DNA of 64,000 nucleotides from an archaeon (lineage in GTDB: Archaea; B1Sed10-29; JAVZDC01), in assembly GCA_038874115.1 (NCBI GenBank), contig JAVZDC010000001.1, positions 70,703-134,702 of the forward strand, in the 5' to 3' direction. Under the pieces are notes generated by a model. That model was not told where the DNA came from, did no database searches, and was given only the letters and a program-made list of their open reading frames with translations. The stretch's first letter is position 1. Each line of letters opens with the position of its first letter. Shown in pieces: positions 1 through 9,961 of this stretch. The position numbers and the translations under genes are program-made.

Positions 1-2465
1 GAGATTTTCATGTTGTTGCCAACAGCAAAATCTATTCAAACACTGATACAGGAATACGAATAAACGGTAAAAATAATCAAATTTCAAATAACTTAATTTA
101 CTTTAATGGAGTTCGTGAGCTCTATCTTAGCGGCAATAATGCTACTGTTTACAATAATTCTTTCAATTCAACTGGTGGGGGAAATTATGGGATTTATTGC
201 GATTCTTGCGGAAATAGTAATATTTTCAACAACACTTTAATAAACTATCGATATGGCGTATATTCCAGATACTGCGGAACTTCAACATACTCAAATAATC
301 GAATAGTCGGGAATGCGGAAGTTTCTTATGGTATTTATATATACCACTATGGTTCTAAGGATTATTCAAATATTACAGACAACAGAATAGGTTCTGTTTA
401 CCGTGGCATCCATTTTGACAGTACGAGGGGTGGCCAAAGAATTGAAAACAATGTGATTAATTCGACATTTTTAGATATCCAGATTAGTCCTCCAAGCGAA
501 ACTTGGACGGATGATTTTTGCTCCTTCCAATTTAACAATAATAGCGGTTCAGGAAATCTTCCAATAAAGTTTTTCAATAATTCAGTAAATTTGGAAAATG
601 ATGTATTGTCTGAGTTAATCTTATGCGGAGCTCATTATTCAAACATAACTAATATTACGATCCATAGTCCAGATGGTAATCTAAACAATGGCTTTATTAT
701 ACTGGGAACAAACTTTACAAAGTTAATGAACATAAATTCTTCAAATAACTATTATGGTGTTGCTTTTGTTGGGCCCATAAATAATTTAACCATAGTAAAT
801 TCATCTTTCAATTTAAATACATATGGGATATATGACTCTAGAGGTCTGAGTACATTCAGAAAAAGCTATATCAGTCTGACAAATAATTCCATATTGAATA
901 ACACTTATTCAGTATCTGCAGTTTTATATAATTCTCTTTTAAGCAATAATCTTATCGCGAATAACAGCTATGGAATCATCCTGGAAGGCGATGGTACATT
1001 ATTAATAAATAATACCATTCAAAATAACGTAAAATCTGGAAATTATGAAATTGATTGCCGTGGATCAGATCAATCAATCGATGGTAATTTAATACAGTCT
1101 TATAAAACAGGGATACGCTTTTACTATACTACTGGAGGGGTAATAAAAAATAACTTACTGTTTGGAGCCGGTTCTAGCACCGGAATAGTTTTGGATTCCA
1201 GTTCTCAAAATGCGCTTATAGCAAATAATAATGTGTCTAGTTTTTATTATGGTATTCAGGTTGTAATTGGGTCTTCCAATCATACAATATCGAGTAATAA
1301 AATTTACTTTAATAATTATTGTGGAATTGAAATATATCCGAGCAGTTATTATATCAATCAAATAAATGTAACTGAGAATGAGATATATAATAATTCGAAT
1401 TGCGGAATTAGAATAATAAATTCAGGAAATAATATAATTTATAATAACAATATTTCCTCAAACTCGTATGGGTTAATTCTTGGATACTCGTCTAGAGATA
1501 ATTCAATAATATCAAACATGATCTATCTAAATAAAAATGGTACATACGTTACACAATCTTCTAACAATTTTTTTATTAATAATTACATACACTCTAATGT
1601 CTTTGGACTTTATGCATACTCTATCTCTAACTATTCTTTCGTAAATACTCTTTTTGGAAACAATACTTGGAATATATTTTTTAAAACATCGGCAAGTAAC
1701 AATAATTCATTCATTAACACTACTATTTCAGGAATGAGCTTCCAAAACCAAACCTTAGTTGATTTAGAAGTTTATTTACCTTCTGCAAACCTATCTGTTC
1801 AACCAATCATATCAAAGCCATCGGATCCGCAAGGATTCAAGAGTTTAAATAAACACTTAGATATCTCTGCTTACGGATCTGCAACGATTTTCATTAGTTA
1901 TCCATATGATACTTCAGAACTAGGAAAAATCCTGGAATCCAGTCTCAGAGTCGCAAGATATAATGGAACCTGGGAAACAAATTGTTCAAAATTTGCATCG
2001 GACTGTGGAGTCGACTTTGAAAATAAAAGAGTATACGCAAATATTACAAGTTTAGGAAGTATATTTACGATAATTGGAGAACAAGATGAAACTCCTCCAA
2101 GCATAATAGAAGGTCCAAACATTTCAGTAACTCACAACAGTTCATCCATATTCTGGAGTACTGATGAATTATCTAATTATTCTTTTGCCTATACTGATGG
2201 AATACATGAGTGGACAATTTCTTCGGATAATTTAAGCCTGGAGCACTTCATAATTTTAGAAAATTTAAAAGAAGGAACTTCCTATCATTTCAACATTACA
2301 ATTTATGATGGCGTTGGAAATAACAGAACTTACGAGAATTATTCTTTTACAACTTTAAAAACTGAGAATATAACGATTGTTACGGCTCCGGAAAATTTAG
2401 ATTTTATTTTCTTTCTATTTTCCTGCGTATTTTTAATTTTCATTTTATCAGGGATCAAGAACTAA
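1..2465 (+). CDS. Large cell-surface protein, 5'-partial: right-handed parallel beta-helix (NosD/CASH-like) repeats, PGF-pre-PGF-like region, FN3-like domain, C-terminal TM anchor
   Basis: Frame 3 is open from base 3 (DFHVVANSKIYSNTDTGIRING...) into the 453 ORF; many I-x-N-N-x-I / YGI repeats; many NxS/T sequons; ends TAPENLDFIFFLFSCVFLIFILSGIKN. Confidence 0.8.
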   Translation, partial: DFHVVANSKIYSNTDTGIRINGKNNQISNNLIYFNGVRELYLSGNNATVYNNSFNSTGGGNYGIYCDSCGNSNIFNNTLINYRYGVYSRYCGTSTYSNNRIVGNAEVSYGIYIYHYGSKDYSNITDNRIGSVYRGIHFDSTRGGQRIENNVINSTFLDIQISPPSETWTDDFCSFQFNNNSGSGNLPIKFFNNSVNLENDVLSELILCGAHYSNITNITIHSPDGNLNNGFIILGTNFTKLMNINSSNNYYGVAFVGPINNLTIVNSSFNLNTYGIYDSRGLSTFRKSYISLTNNSILNNTYSVSAVLYNSLLSNNLIANNSYGIILEGDGTLLINNTIQNNVKSGNYEIDCRGSDQSIDGNLIQSYKTGIRFYYTTGGVIKNNLLFGAGSSTGIVLDSSSQNALIANNNVSSFYYGIQVVIGSSNHTISSNKIYFNNYCGIEIYPSSYYINQINVTENEIYNNSNCGIRIINSGNNIIYNNNISSNSYGLILGYSSRDNSIISNMIYLNKNGTYVTQSSNNFFINNYIHSNVFGLYAYSISNYSFVNTLFGNNTWNIFFKTSASNNNSFINTTISGMSFQNQTLVDLEVYLPSANLSVQPIISKPSDPQGFKSLNKHLDISAYGSATIFISYPYDTSELGKILESSLRVARYNGTWETNCSKFASDCGVDFENKRVYANITSLGSIFTIIGEQDETPPSIIEGPNISVTHNSSSIFWSTDELSNYSFAYTDGIHEWTISSDNLSLEHFIILENLKEGTSYHFNITIYDGVGNNRTYENYSFTTLKTENITIVTAPENLDFIFFLFSCVFLIFILSGIKN

Positions 2466-2501
2466 CCAATTGTGTTTTTCACTTTTCATACTCCATACAC
2501 A

Positions 2502-3836
2502 TTATGGATGTTTGCTGGTTATCTCAAGATACTCCTTATCCATATACTTGTGCAAAACTTTTGGTACTCGGATATTTTTTGTTGAAGGATCAAAAAGATT
2601 TTCTGCGATAGCACAAATTATTCTTTCTGATGCAACTCCAGTAGAATAAATGTTTCTTACAAATTCTTTTTCCCAAGTTTTTGTTTTATACCGTATTTTT
2701 AATTTTTCCGAAACCCAAGTATCCATTGTCGCTATGGAATGGGTTTCTCTATACGCATTTTGCCCTGGGAACCAAGTCTGAACATCAACTTGCAAAACAG
2801 CTCGTTTATCCATGTCTCCGCTAGGCACGATTACTGATCTATTTGGAAGTTCTAAACTGCTTACAAATTCCTGAACATCTTTTCTAACTTTCTCAACCTC
2901 TTTAAAATCTTCTTCTTTCCTAACCATGCATTGAATCTCAGTTTTTAAAAACTGCTTAACTCTAAATATTCCTTTTGTATCTTTTCCATGGGCTCCAGCT
3001 TCTTTTCTAAAGCATGGACTCCAAGCCAAAATTCGCAAAGGAAGCTCCTCTTCTTTAAATATTGTATCTTCGAAATATGCCATAATTGGGTGCTCTGAAC
3101 TTGGTATAAGTATAAGGCCTTCTTTTTCAAGTTCAAAAATAGATTCTTCAAAAGTACTAAGATGGGTTATCTTTTTCTCAACATCTTTTCTCATAAAATA
3201 CGGGGGGATCAAGACAACATCCCCGTAGCCTTTCTTCTTAAAAAATTCCAAGGTATACAAATTCAAAGCTAAATCCAAAATAACAAGGTCATTAAACAAG
3301 TAATAAAACCTTGCGCCTGCCACCTCTCCAGCTTTCTCCTGATCTATCAAAGTTCCAACGAGATTATAATGGTGGAATGGTTGCTCTATAACGAATTCAG
3401 CTTCAACTCCAGGGTACTTTTTTTCAAATTCATCTTTAAACTCTACCCACACTTTTGGTTTTCCCATATATTCTATAGGTTTTTCAAACTCATCCCCAAC
3501 TCCAACTGGAACCATTTCAGAAAGCCAATTCGGTAGCAAAATGTTTATTTCTTCTAATTCTTCATCATATTGCGCCAATTTTTCTTCAGAACGTTGGATT
3601 TCATTTTTAACTTTTTTCGATTCCTCCAAAAGCTTCGGATCTTTTTCCTTTGCGTACTCTAAAGATAACTTATTTAATTTTTCTCTGAGTTTTTGAACTT
3701 CAAAATTTATTTTTTTCCAATTCGAATATATTTCCAATCCTTTTTCAAACACGGGAACCAAAGAACTTAGGCCACGGTTTTCCAAAACTTTCAAGTATTC
3801 TTCTTTTCTGCTAGCTAAATCCTTTATTTTTGGCAT
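2502..3836 (-). CDS. serS: Seryl-tRNA synthetase
   Basis: N-terminal coiled coil, LLPNW, GARFYYL, motif 2 CFRKEAGAHGKDTKGIFRVKQF. Confidence 0.93.
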   Translation of the reverse strand: MPKIKDLASRKEEYLKVLENRGLSSLVPVFEKGLEIYSNWKKINFEVQKLREKLNKLSLEYAKEKDPKLLEESKKVKNEIQRSEEKLAQYDEELEEINILLPNWLSEMVPVGVGDEFEKPIEYMGKPKVWVEFKDEFEKKYPGVEAEFVIEQPFHHYNLVGTLIDQEKAGEVAGARFYYLFNDLVILDLALNLYTLEFFKKKGYGDVVLIPPYFMRKDVEKKITHLSTFEESIFELEKEGLILIPSSEHPIMAYFEDTIFKEEELPLRILAWSPCFRKEAGAHGKDTKGIFRVKQFLKTEIQCMVRKEEDFKEVEKVRKDVQEFVSSLELPNRSVIVPSGDMDKRAVLQVDVQTWFPGQNAYRETHSIATMDTWVSEKLKIRYKTKTWEKEFVRNIYSTGVASERIICAIAENLFDPSTKNIRVPKVLHKYMDKEYLEITSKHP

Positions 3837-4288
3837 ATTTTTTCCTCCAATCTTTTAAAAACATCTAACAATTTCGAATCTAAGAAAGGACAGCCAGGAA
3901 CTTCAAAGTCTACTTCGACAACTGCTTTTAAATTTAATGATTTTTCTAAGTATTTATATTTTTTGATATGACTTGAGATCTTGTCTAGCTGAGTTTGGTT
4001 GAAAAAATTTCGCCAGTTAGAAGGAGATCCGGAACAAGCGCATGACCCTAAAGCAACCAAAAATTTACACTTTTTTCTAATTTCCTTAATTTTCTCTAAT
4101 TCTTCTTCAGTAGAGATACATCCTTCAACAAGAGCTACATCCACTTTTTCTGAATTTTTCCCTAAACTTTTAGAATCAGCAATTTCATATTTTTTAAAAA
4201 ACTCAGAATATCTAGAGTTTAAAAATTCTAAAAAATAAACTAAACAGCCTTCATCACAAGTTAAAGAATAAATCCCAAGTTTTATCAT
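3824..4288 (-). CDS. [NiFe]-hydrogenase small subunit (HydD/HoxY-like), short form with only the proximal Fe-S domain
   Basis: LTCDEGC, VALVEGCI, VALGSCACSG, VPGCP motifs; 154 aa. Confidence 0.8.
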   Translation of the reverse strand: MIKLGIYSLTCDEGCLVYFLEFLNSRYSEFFKKYEIADSKSLGKNSEKVDVALVEGCISTEEELEKIKEIRKKCKFLVALGSCACSGSPSNWRNFFNQTQLDKISSHIKKYKYLEKSLNLKAVVEVDFEVPGCPFLDSKLLDVFKRLEEKICQK

Positions 4289-4300
4289 TTCCTGACCCTC

Positions 4301-5038
4301 TCATTCTTTTTCTAAATTTTCTTTGCTTTTTTCTTTGCCGAAATAATCCAACCTTGCAGCGATGGCTATTTTATTTGCATACTTCCTTGCAATCTTCCCC
4401 CTAGCTTTTTTCTGTGCTTTTCTTATTTCAGGAATCAAAAATATTACTCCGTGTTTTGGAGCAGGCACTTTTTTCCTCAAATGTGCAAATAATGCTTTTT
4501 CAGCCCCGAGAACTTGGATTGTAGACGCAGGCATTTTAGATAATCTTTTCAAACCTCCAGCTTTTTCGATCAATCTAGCCCCAACGATCGGCCCTGTTAT
4601 CGCGGTAAGATTTGGAGCCTCTTCAACCATCAACTCTTCAATATACTTTCCTAATTCCAAGCTTTTACTTTTTATTTCTAAGCCAAACTCTGCCATCTTT
4701 TGAATAACTTTAATGTCTTTCTCAGCCAAATCAATTCCTAAACTTTTATCCACAATTTCCTTATATTCTTTTAAATTTGCAAAATTTTTTCTTTCCCCAT
4801 ATTTGCTTACTAACCTTAGAAAAGTTTCAGGATCATCTACTTTTTTACATAGTTCTGGAAAATTAACAGAATACCAATCGAATGTTTGAATGTAAATCAA
4901 ATTAAAACATTTTATCAACGTGTCGTACATTCTTAGAGCATGAATTATCAAATTATCCCTAGAACTAAGTTCTTTTTTTATCTTTTTTTTCAATTGAGCT
5001 AATGCTTTTTCACGTACGTCCATATCAATCATTCGCAT
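4301..5038 (-). CDS. nop5: Nop5 (Nop56/58) C/D box sRNP protein, short form
   Basis: WYSVNFPEL, APNLTAITGPIVGARLI, MPASTIQVLGAEKALF, PKHGVIF, RGKIAR. Confidence 0.92.
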   Translation of the reverse strand: MRMIDMDVREKALAQLKKKIKKELSSRDNLIIHALRMYDTLIKCFNLIYIQTFDWYSVNFPELCKKVDDPETFLRLVSKYGERKNFANLKEYKEIVDKSLGIDLAEKDIKVIQKMAEFGLEIKSKSLELGKYIEELMVEEAPNLTAITGPIVGARLIEKAGGLKRLSKMPASTIQVLGAEKALFAHLRKKVPAPKHGVIFLIPEIRKAQKKARGKIARKYANKIAIAARLDYFGKEKSKENLEKE

Positions 5039-5364
5039 CTTTTATTTGACCCTTCATATATTGCTTCCACATTTCCTCTTTTACAACAAAGGATCGCACT
5101 CCCGTTCCAACTTTCCATAATATCTTTTCCATTGGAATCCACGCAATCCGCATCACAAAAACCACACTCTCTTTCTCCACCCAAGGCTAACTTCTGAGAG
5201 CAAAAAGCAGCAGCATTTTTGCATTTAGAGAAAAACAAATTAGAACTTTGTTTTCCTAAAACTCCTGTTTGAACCAAAAGCAAAGTTGAATAAATAAGAA
5301 TTGCGAGCGAAACTACAATTACCCCTATACATAACCCGAAGATAGGTTTTGAAGGTGGAAACAT
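5029..5364 (-). CDS. Small membrane-anchored Cys-rich protein; paralogous domain to the pilin at 21777
   Basis: N-terminal hydrophobic helix, then 8 Cys (CKNAAAFC...CGFCDADC...LCCK...C). Confidence 0.7.
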   Translation of the reverse strand: MFPPSKPIFGLCIGVIVVSLAILIYSTLLLVQTGVLGKQSSNLFFSKCKNAAAFCSQKLALGGERECGFCDADCVDSNGKDIMESWNGSAILCCKRGNVEAIYEGSNKRCE

Positions 5365-5395
5365 AATTTTAATAAACTTATCAACTATTTAAACT

Positions 5396-5959
5396 ATGCC
5401 GGAGAATCTATCGATTAATGAAGCAAAAATTTTACTAGATAATTATATAAAAAACGATAAATTAAAAAAACATTCTTTAGCTGTTGCTGAAATAATGGTA
5501 AACCTTGCCGAATTTTTAAAAATTCCTGAAAAAGAAGAATGGTATTTAATAGGTCTTCTTCACGATTTGGATTTTGAAAGCACAAAAGATGATCCAAAGA
5601 AGCATGGGTTAATAACTGCTGAAATTTTAAAAGGAAAAATGAGTGAGGATTCAATAAACGCGATCAAAAACCATAATTTTGAAAACTTGATGCTTTTCCC
5701 ATCTAGAAAAGTTGATTTTGCTTTAATTTGCTCAGATGCGATATCCGGTCTTATAATCGCATGTATGCTGGTAATGCCAAATAAGAAGCTGGAAGAGGTT
5801 ACAGTGAAAACAATATTACAAAAGTTTAAACAAAAAGATTTTGCTAAGAACATATCTCGGGAAAGGATTTTATTTTGCGAAAAACTTGGCATTCCTTTAG
5901 AAAATTTTGTTGAAATTAGTCTAACTGCTCTAAAAAATATTTCTGAAAAATTAGGGTGA
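5396..5959 (+). CDS. HD-domain (HDIG-type) phosphohydrolase
   Basis: HSLAVA, GLLHDLD, KHG, AIKNH, CSDAISG. Confidence 0.85.
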   Translation: MPENLSINEAKILLDNYIKNDKLKKHSLAVAEIMVNLAEFLKIPEKEEWYLIGLLHDLDFESTKDDPKKHGLITAEILKGKMSEDSINAIKNHNFENLMLFPSRKVDFALICSDAISGLIIACMLVMPNKKLEEVTVKTILQKFKQKDFAKNISRERILFCEKLGIPLENFVEISLTALKNISEKLG

Positions 5960-6897
5960 TTTTAATGCATAAAGATATTTTAAAGAAACAAGTTAAAGAT
6001 TTCCAACTCCATAAAATAAAAAACTTTGAAGAACTTGCAGAAGCATTGTTCGAAAGTGGAGGCTTTGGGGCTAAGCATTTTGGACTTGGGGTAAAAATAT
6101 TTAAAGAAATGTTTAAAGATAAAAATTGCATTAGATTTTTATCTTTCCCTGCTTGCATAGTTTCAACAGGCTTAAGAGGAGTTTTAGCAGAAGCAATATC
6201 TAAAAAGCTTTTCGACGTAATTGTCACTACTTGCGGTACTTTAGACCATGATTTGGCAAGAGCATTTGGTGGAAAATATTACCACGGTTACTTTAATTTT
6301 GATGACGCTAAATTAAAAGATCTTGATATCTATAGGCTTGGAAATATATTTATTCCTCACGAATATTATGGGGGAGTTTTAGAGAAAAACTTACAGCAGA
6401 TTTTTAAGAAAATAGTAACGGAGAAAAAAGAATGGGCTCCTTGGGAACTAATTCAAAGAATCGGGTTTGAGATAAAAGACAAAAATTCAATAGTGGCGCA
6501 AGCAGCAAAAGCAAGAGTACCTATAATAATTCCAGGAATCATGGATGGTGCTTTTGGAAGTAATCTTTTATTTTTTAACGAATTAAAAATCGATGTTTTA
6601 GAAGATCAGAAGAAAATTGCAGAGTATGCTTTTACGAAAAAAAAGACTGGTGCTTTGATGCTTGGGGGCGGGATTTCAAAACACCATACAATTTGGTGGA
6701 ATCAATTTAAAGGCGGGTTAGATTATGCTGTTTATATTACCACTGCAACACAATACGATGGTTCTTTAAGTGGCGCTAGATTGGAAGAAGCAGTGAGTTG
6801 GGGAAAAATAAAGAAAAATGCAAAATATGTAACTATCGATGGGGATGTGACAATCATTTTACCTTTTTTACTAAAATCAGTGTATGAAACTAAGTGA
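5956..6897 (+). CDS. dys: Deoxyhypusine synthase
   Basis: VIVTTCGTLDHD, LGGGISKHH, DGSLSGARLEEAVSWGKI. Confidence 0.95.
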   Translation: MILMHKDILKKQVKDFQLHKIKNFEELAEALFESGGFGAKHFGLGVKIFKEMFKDKNCIRFLSFPACIVSTGLRGVLAEAISKKLFDVIVTTCGTLDHDLARAFGGKYYHGYFNFDDAKLKDLDIYRLGNIFIPHEYYGGVLEKNLQQIFKKIVTEKKEWAPWELIQRIGFEIKDKNSIVAQAAKARVPIIIPGIMDGAFGSNLLFFNELKIDVLEDQKKIAEYAFTKKKTGALMLGGGISKHHTIWWNQFKGGLDYAVYITTATQYDGSLSGARLEEAVSWGKIKKNAKYVTIDGDVTIILPFLLKSVYETK

Positions 6898-7096
6898 GCG
6901 GTTTTAATTAAAAGTTGACGCAAAGGGAAAATAAAAAAAGGAAGTGCCCCGATGAGCATAAAAAAATAGAAGTGATGGGATGCAATAATATTTATCTTGC
7001 AAGTTATATATAAACTTAACTGTTGAAAAAACAAAAAATAAAAAAGTTGGGAGGTATGAAATATTTAATATAAACAGAAAAAATATATAAAGTTTA

Positions 7097-8311
7097 CTAT
7101 TTACTTTCTTTGGTCTCGGTTTTTACTTGGCTTTCTTTTAAATCTTCCTTCAGAACAAAGAAAACCCCGGTGCTTGTAATTATAATTGTCATGAAAATTA
7201 TCATAAAAACAACATCTAGAAAAACAGGGTTCGCCCCTTTACTTATTAAAATTTGCGCAACAACTGCTGCTGCCAAACCTCTTGACAAGACTATGCTAAT
7301 CAAATCTAGATCTTTTTGACCTACTTGAGCTTTATACATCGCAATTTTCACTAAGAAAGGTCGGATAAAAACTATTGCCGCAGCCAATAAACATCCAATC
7401 ATAATATTCTCATAATTATTTAAAGTAAAAGATAAACCTAAGAAAACGAAGAAGAAAGTTTGGATTATAAAAGCAATTAAAGAGTGAAATTCCTTTGTTT
7501 TTTCATCCAATTCGAAAACATCTCCTGCAAGACCTAGTCCAGACATGAGCTTTTTCCCATTTGCAAGCAAGATTCCAAAAGTTAAAATTCCTAAAGAACC
7601 ACTACCGCCAACTAATTCTGCAGCAACATAGATTAAAAATAAATAGGAAAGTGTAACCAAATACGAGAAACTCTCATTTCTTACTTTTTTTATTATCGGA
7701 CTCCAAAAAATCCAAAATAAAAGCCCCACCATTATGCCGACTGAAAAAGAAGCTGCCATAGTTTGGAAAACATTTCCAACCCCGGCGTTTTGAATGAAAT
7801 TAAAAATAGTGAAAGCAAATACTATGGTGAATACATCCGTTATCGCACCTTCCAACTCCAAAAGTATTATCGAGTTTTCAGAAACTTTTTTCAACTTTTT
7901 TGATAAAGCCATGATTTCAACAGAGGACGTCCCACCGCATATTACACCTAAAAGCAACCCTTCAAGGAAAGGATGCCCAAGTAAAGTCCAAATTAAAGCG
8001 ACAACTAAAGCACTTCCGGAAAAGCAGATCGTGCTTAGTAGAGTGGCTCTACTCGCAAGTTTTATTAATTTATAAAAGTCGAAAGCCAAAGATCCCTCAA
8101 AAAGTAAAATTATTAAAGCAACTGTACAGAAAATAGGAGCTATGGAGAAAAAAGATCGTGCATCTATCACTTTGAAGATTGGGCCTAAAAACATGCCGAA
8201 AAGCATTAAAATTAGTACAAAAGAAATATTTGTTCTTTTAAAAATGACATTTCCTGTAAACCCAAGCAAACAGATTGTACTTATTAAAACTAAAGTAAAT
8301 AAAACGTCCAT
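7097..8311 (-). CDS. CPA1 (NhaP-type) cation/H+ antiporter
   Basis: About 12 TM helices, LLFEG, LEGAITD, FFFVFLG, SRGLAAAV. Confidence 0.85.
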   Translation of the reverse strand: MDVLFTLVLISTICLLGFTGNVIFKRTNISFVLILMLFGMFLGPIFKVIDARSFFSIAPIFCTVALIILLFEGSLAFDFYKLIKLASRATLLSTICFSGSALVVALIWTLLGHPFLEGLLLGVICGGTSSVEIMALSKKLKKVSENSIILLELEGAITDVFTIVFAFTIFNFIQNAGVGNVFQTMAASFSVGIMVGLLFWIFWSPIIKKVRNESFSYLVTLSYLFLIYVAAELVGGSGSLGILTFGILLANGKKLMSGLGLAGDVFELDEKTKEFHSLIAFIIQTFFFVFLGLSFTLNNYENIMIGCLLAAAIVFIRPFLVKIAMYKAQVGQKDLDLISIVLSRGLAAAVVAQILISKGANPVFLDVVFMIIFMTIIITSTGVFFVLKEDLKESQVKTETKESK

Positions 8312-8364
8312 GCTTAAATTTAAACTGGCATAGATATATAAATATTAACTTTTTATTTCTAGAT

Positions 8365-9636
8365 ATGCATCAAGATCTGGCCATATCAAAAGAACTATCT
8401 AAAACAGAAGGTACAGCTATTTTAGAAATTTCACTTAAAAAAGGAAAAATTGATCACGTTCATATAAGAGTGTCTGAAAATAAAAGATTTATTAAAGAAG
8501 CGGTTGAAGGAAAAAGTGTTTTTGAATTGCCAAGCATAGTCTCGAGAATATGTGGTACTTGCTCCTCTGCGCATTTAATATGTGGGTTGGAAGCTATAGA
8601 AAAAGCTTTGGGGATTACGCCTTCGGAACAAACGATTACTTTGAGAAAACTACTAATGTATGGGTCTATTCTTAGAGATCATGCCTTGCATCTTTATTTT
8701 TTTAGCCTACCTGATTATTTAGGCATTGAAAGCATTTTGGATGCAAAGAACAAGAAAATTTTAAAGCAAGCTTTTGAAGTTAAAAAAGCAGGCAATTTAC
8801 TTGCATCTTTGGTTGGTGGTAGAGCGGTCCATGCTCCCTTCCCAGTCGTTGGAGGCTTTGTAAAATACCCGGAAAAAGAAGACATTAAAAATGTGGTGAA
8901 TCAATTAAAGAAAAGTAGAGAAGAGATATTTCCTTTACTAGATTTGCTTAAAGAAAAAGTTTTTGAAAGAGATCCAAACTTCGTTTGTTTGAAAACTCCT
9001 GATTTTTCTTTTTTAGAAGGAGTTCTTGTATCTTCTGAAGGTTTACTGGCTGAAGAAAAGGATTTCTCAAAATACCTATCAGAAGTTGTCATTCCATATT
9101 CTCAAAGCGAATCTTATTTGTGGAATGGAAAAGAATATATGGTTGGAGCATTAGCAAGGTTTAATTTGAATAAAGACAATTTAAACAAAAAAACGAAAGA
9201 AGATTGTAAAGAATATTTGAGAAATTTCCCATCAAAAAATATTTTTGATAACAATTTGGCTCAAGCAATCGAAATGTTGCATTGCATAGATGCATCGATA
9301 GAGATCCTAGAAACTCAAGAATTTTTACGAGAATTACCAAAAAAACCAGAGAAATTATCTGGAACTGGAGTTGGCGTTATTGAGGCTCCAAGGGGAACTT
9401 TGTATTATCAGGTTAACATAGTTTCAGGAAAAGTTGCTTGGTTAGATCTAGTTATCCCAACATCTCAAAACTTAATAAAAATGGAAAATGATATTCACTT
9501 TTATCTAGAAAACTTAGATCCAAGTTCTTTTAAAAAAGAAAAAATATTGAAAACTTCGGAAGAAATAATTAGAGCTTATGACCCTTGTTTTTCTTGCGCA
9601 AGTCATTTTTTGAAATTAAAAATAAGAAAGATTTAA
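8365..9636 (+). CDS. [NiFe]-hydrogenase large subunit, group 3 (3b/HydA-like)
   Basis: L1 SRICGTCSSAH, EAPRGTL, L2 YDPCFSCASH followed by a cleavable C-terminal tail. Confidence 0.9.
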   Translation: MHQDLAISKELSKTEGTAILEISLKKGKIDHVHIRVSENKRFIKEAVEGKSVFELPSIVSRICGTCSSAHLICGLEAIEKALGITPSEQTITLRKLLMYGSILRDHALHLYFFSLPDYLGIESILDAKNKKILKQAFEVKKAGNLLASLVGGRAVHAPFPVVGGFVKYPEKEDIKNVVNQLKKSREEIFPLLDLLKEKVFERDPNFVCLKTPDFSFLEGVLVSSEGLLAEEKDFSKYLSEVVIPYSQSESYLWNGKEYMVGALARFNLNKDNLNKKTKEDCKEYLRNFPSKNIFDNNLAQAIEMLHCIDASIEILETQEFLRELPKKPEKLSGTGVGVIEAPRGTLYYQVNIVSGKVAWLDLVIPTSQNLIKMENDIHFYLENLDPSSFKKEKILKTSEEIIRAYDPCFSCASHFLKLKIRKI

Positions 9637-9961
9637 TTTCTTCTTTTGCTATTTCTTCATCTATATTGAAGGGTAGAGCTATAAAATATACTTTTTTCAA
9701 GTTTCCAAGCAATTGTTTAGCTTTCAATTCCTCATAAATTCCATAGTCGTGTGGAGAATAAGACGAATTTTTCTCTAATGTAGCTAAACCTTCTATAAGC
9801 ATTGCTTTTTTTATATTTTTTGCAAAGTCTATAAAAATCAAATCTTCCCCATCAGGTAATTCTTCGCCTGGAACATAATGTACGACTGGGATCTCTATTT
9901 TTTGAATAATTTTGAAAATTTTAGTCTCGGTCAAAGGGCTTCCAAGAAAATATACTTTCAT
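9569..9961 (-). CDS. Divergent hydrogenase maturation protease-like protein (HycI/HybD fold)
   Basis: VYFLGSP, LIFIDFA, SYSPHD motifs; convergent on the large subunit gene. Confidence 0.55.
   Translation of the reverse strand: MKVYFLGSPLTETKIFKIIQKIEIPVVHYVPGEELPDGEDLIFIDFAKNIKKAMLIEGLATLEKNSSYSPHDYGIYEELKAKQLLGNLKKVYFIALPFNIDEEIAKEEIKSFLFLISKNDLRKKNKGHKL

Noticed and set aside
453-2465. ORF-track start at 453
   Set aside because: The frame is open from the window edge with the same repeat pattern, so the gene starts upstream of the window
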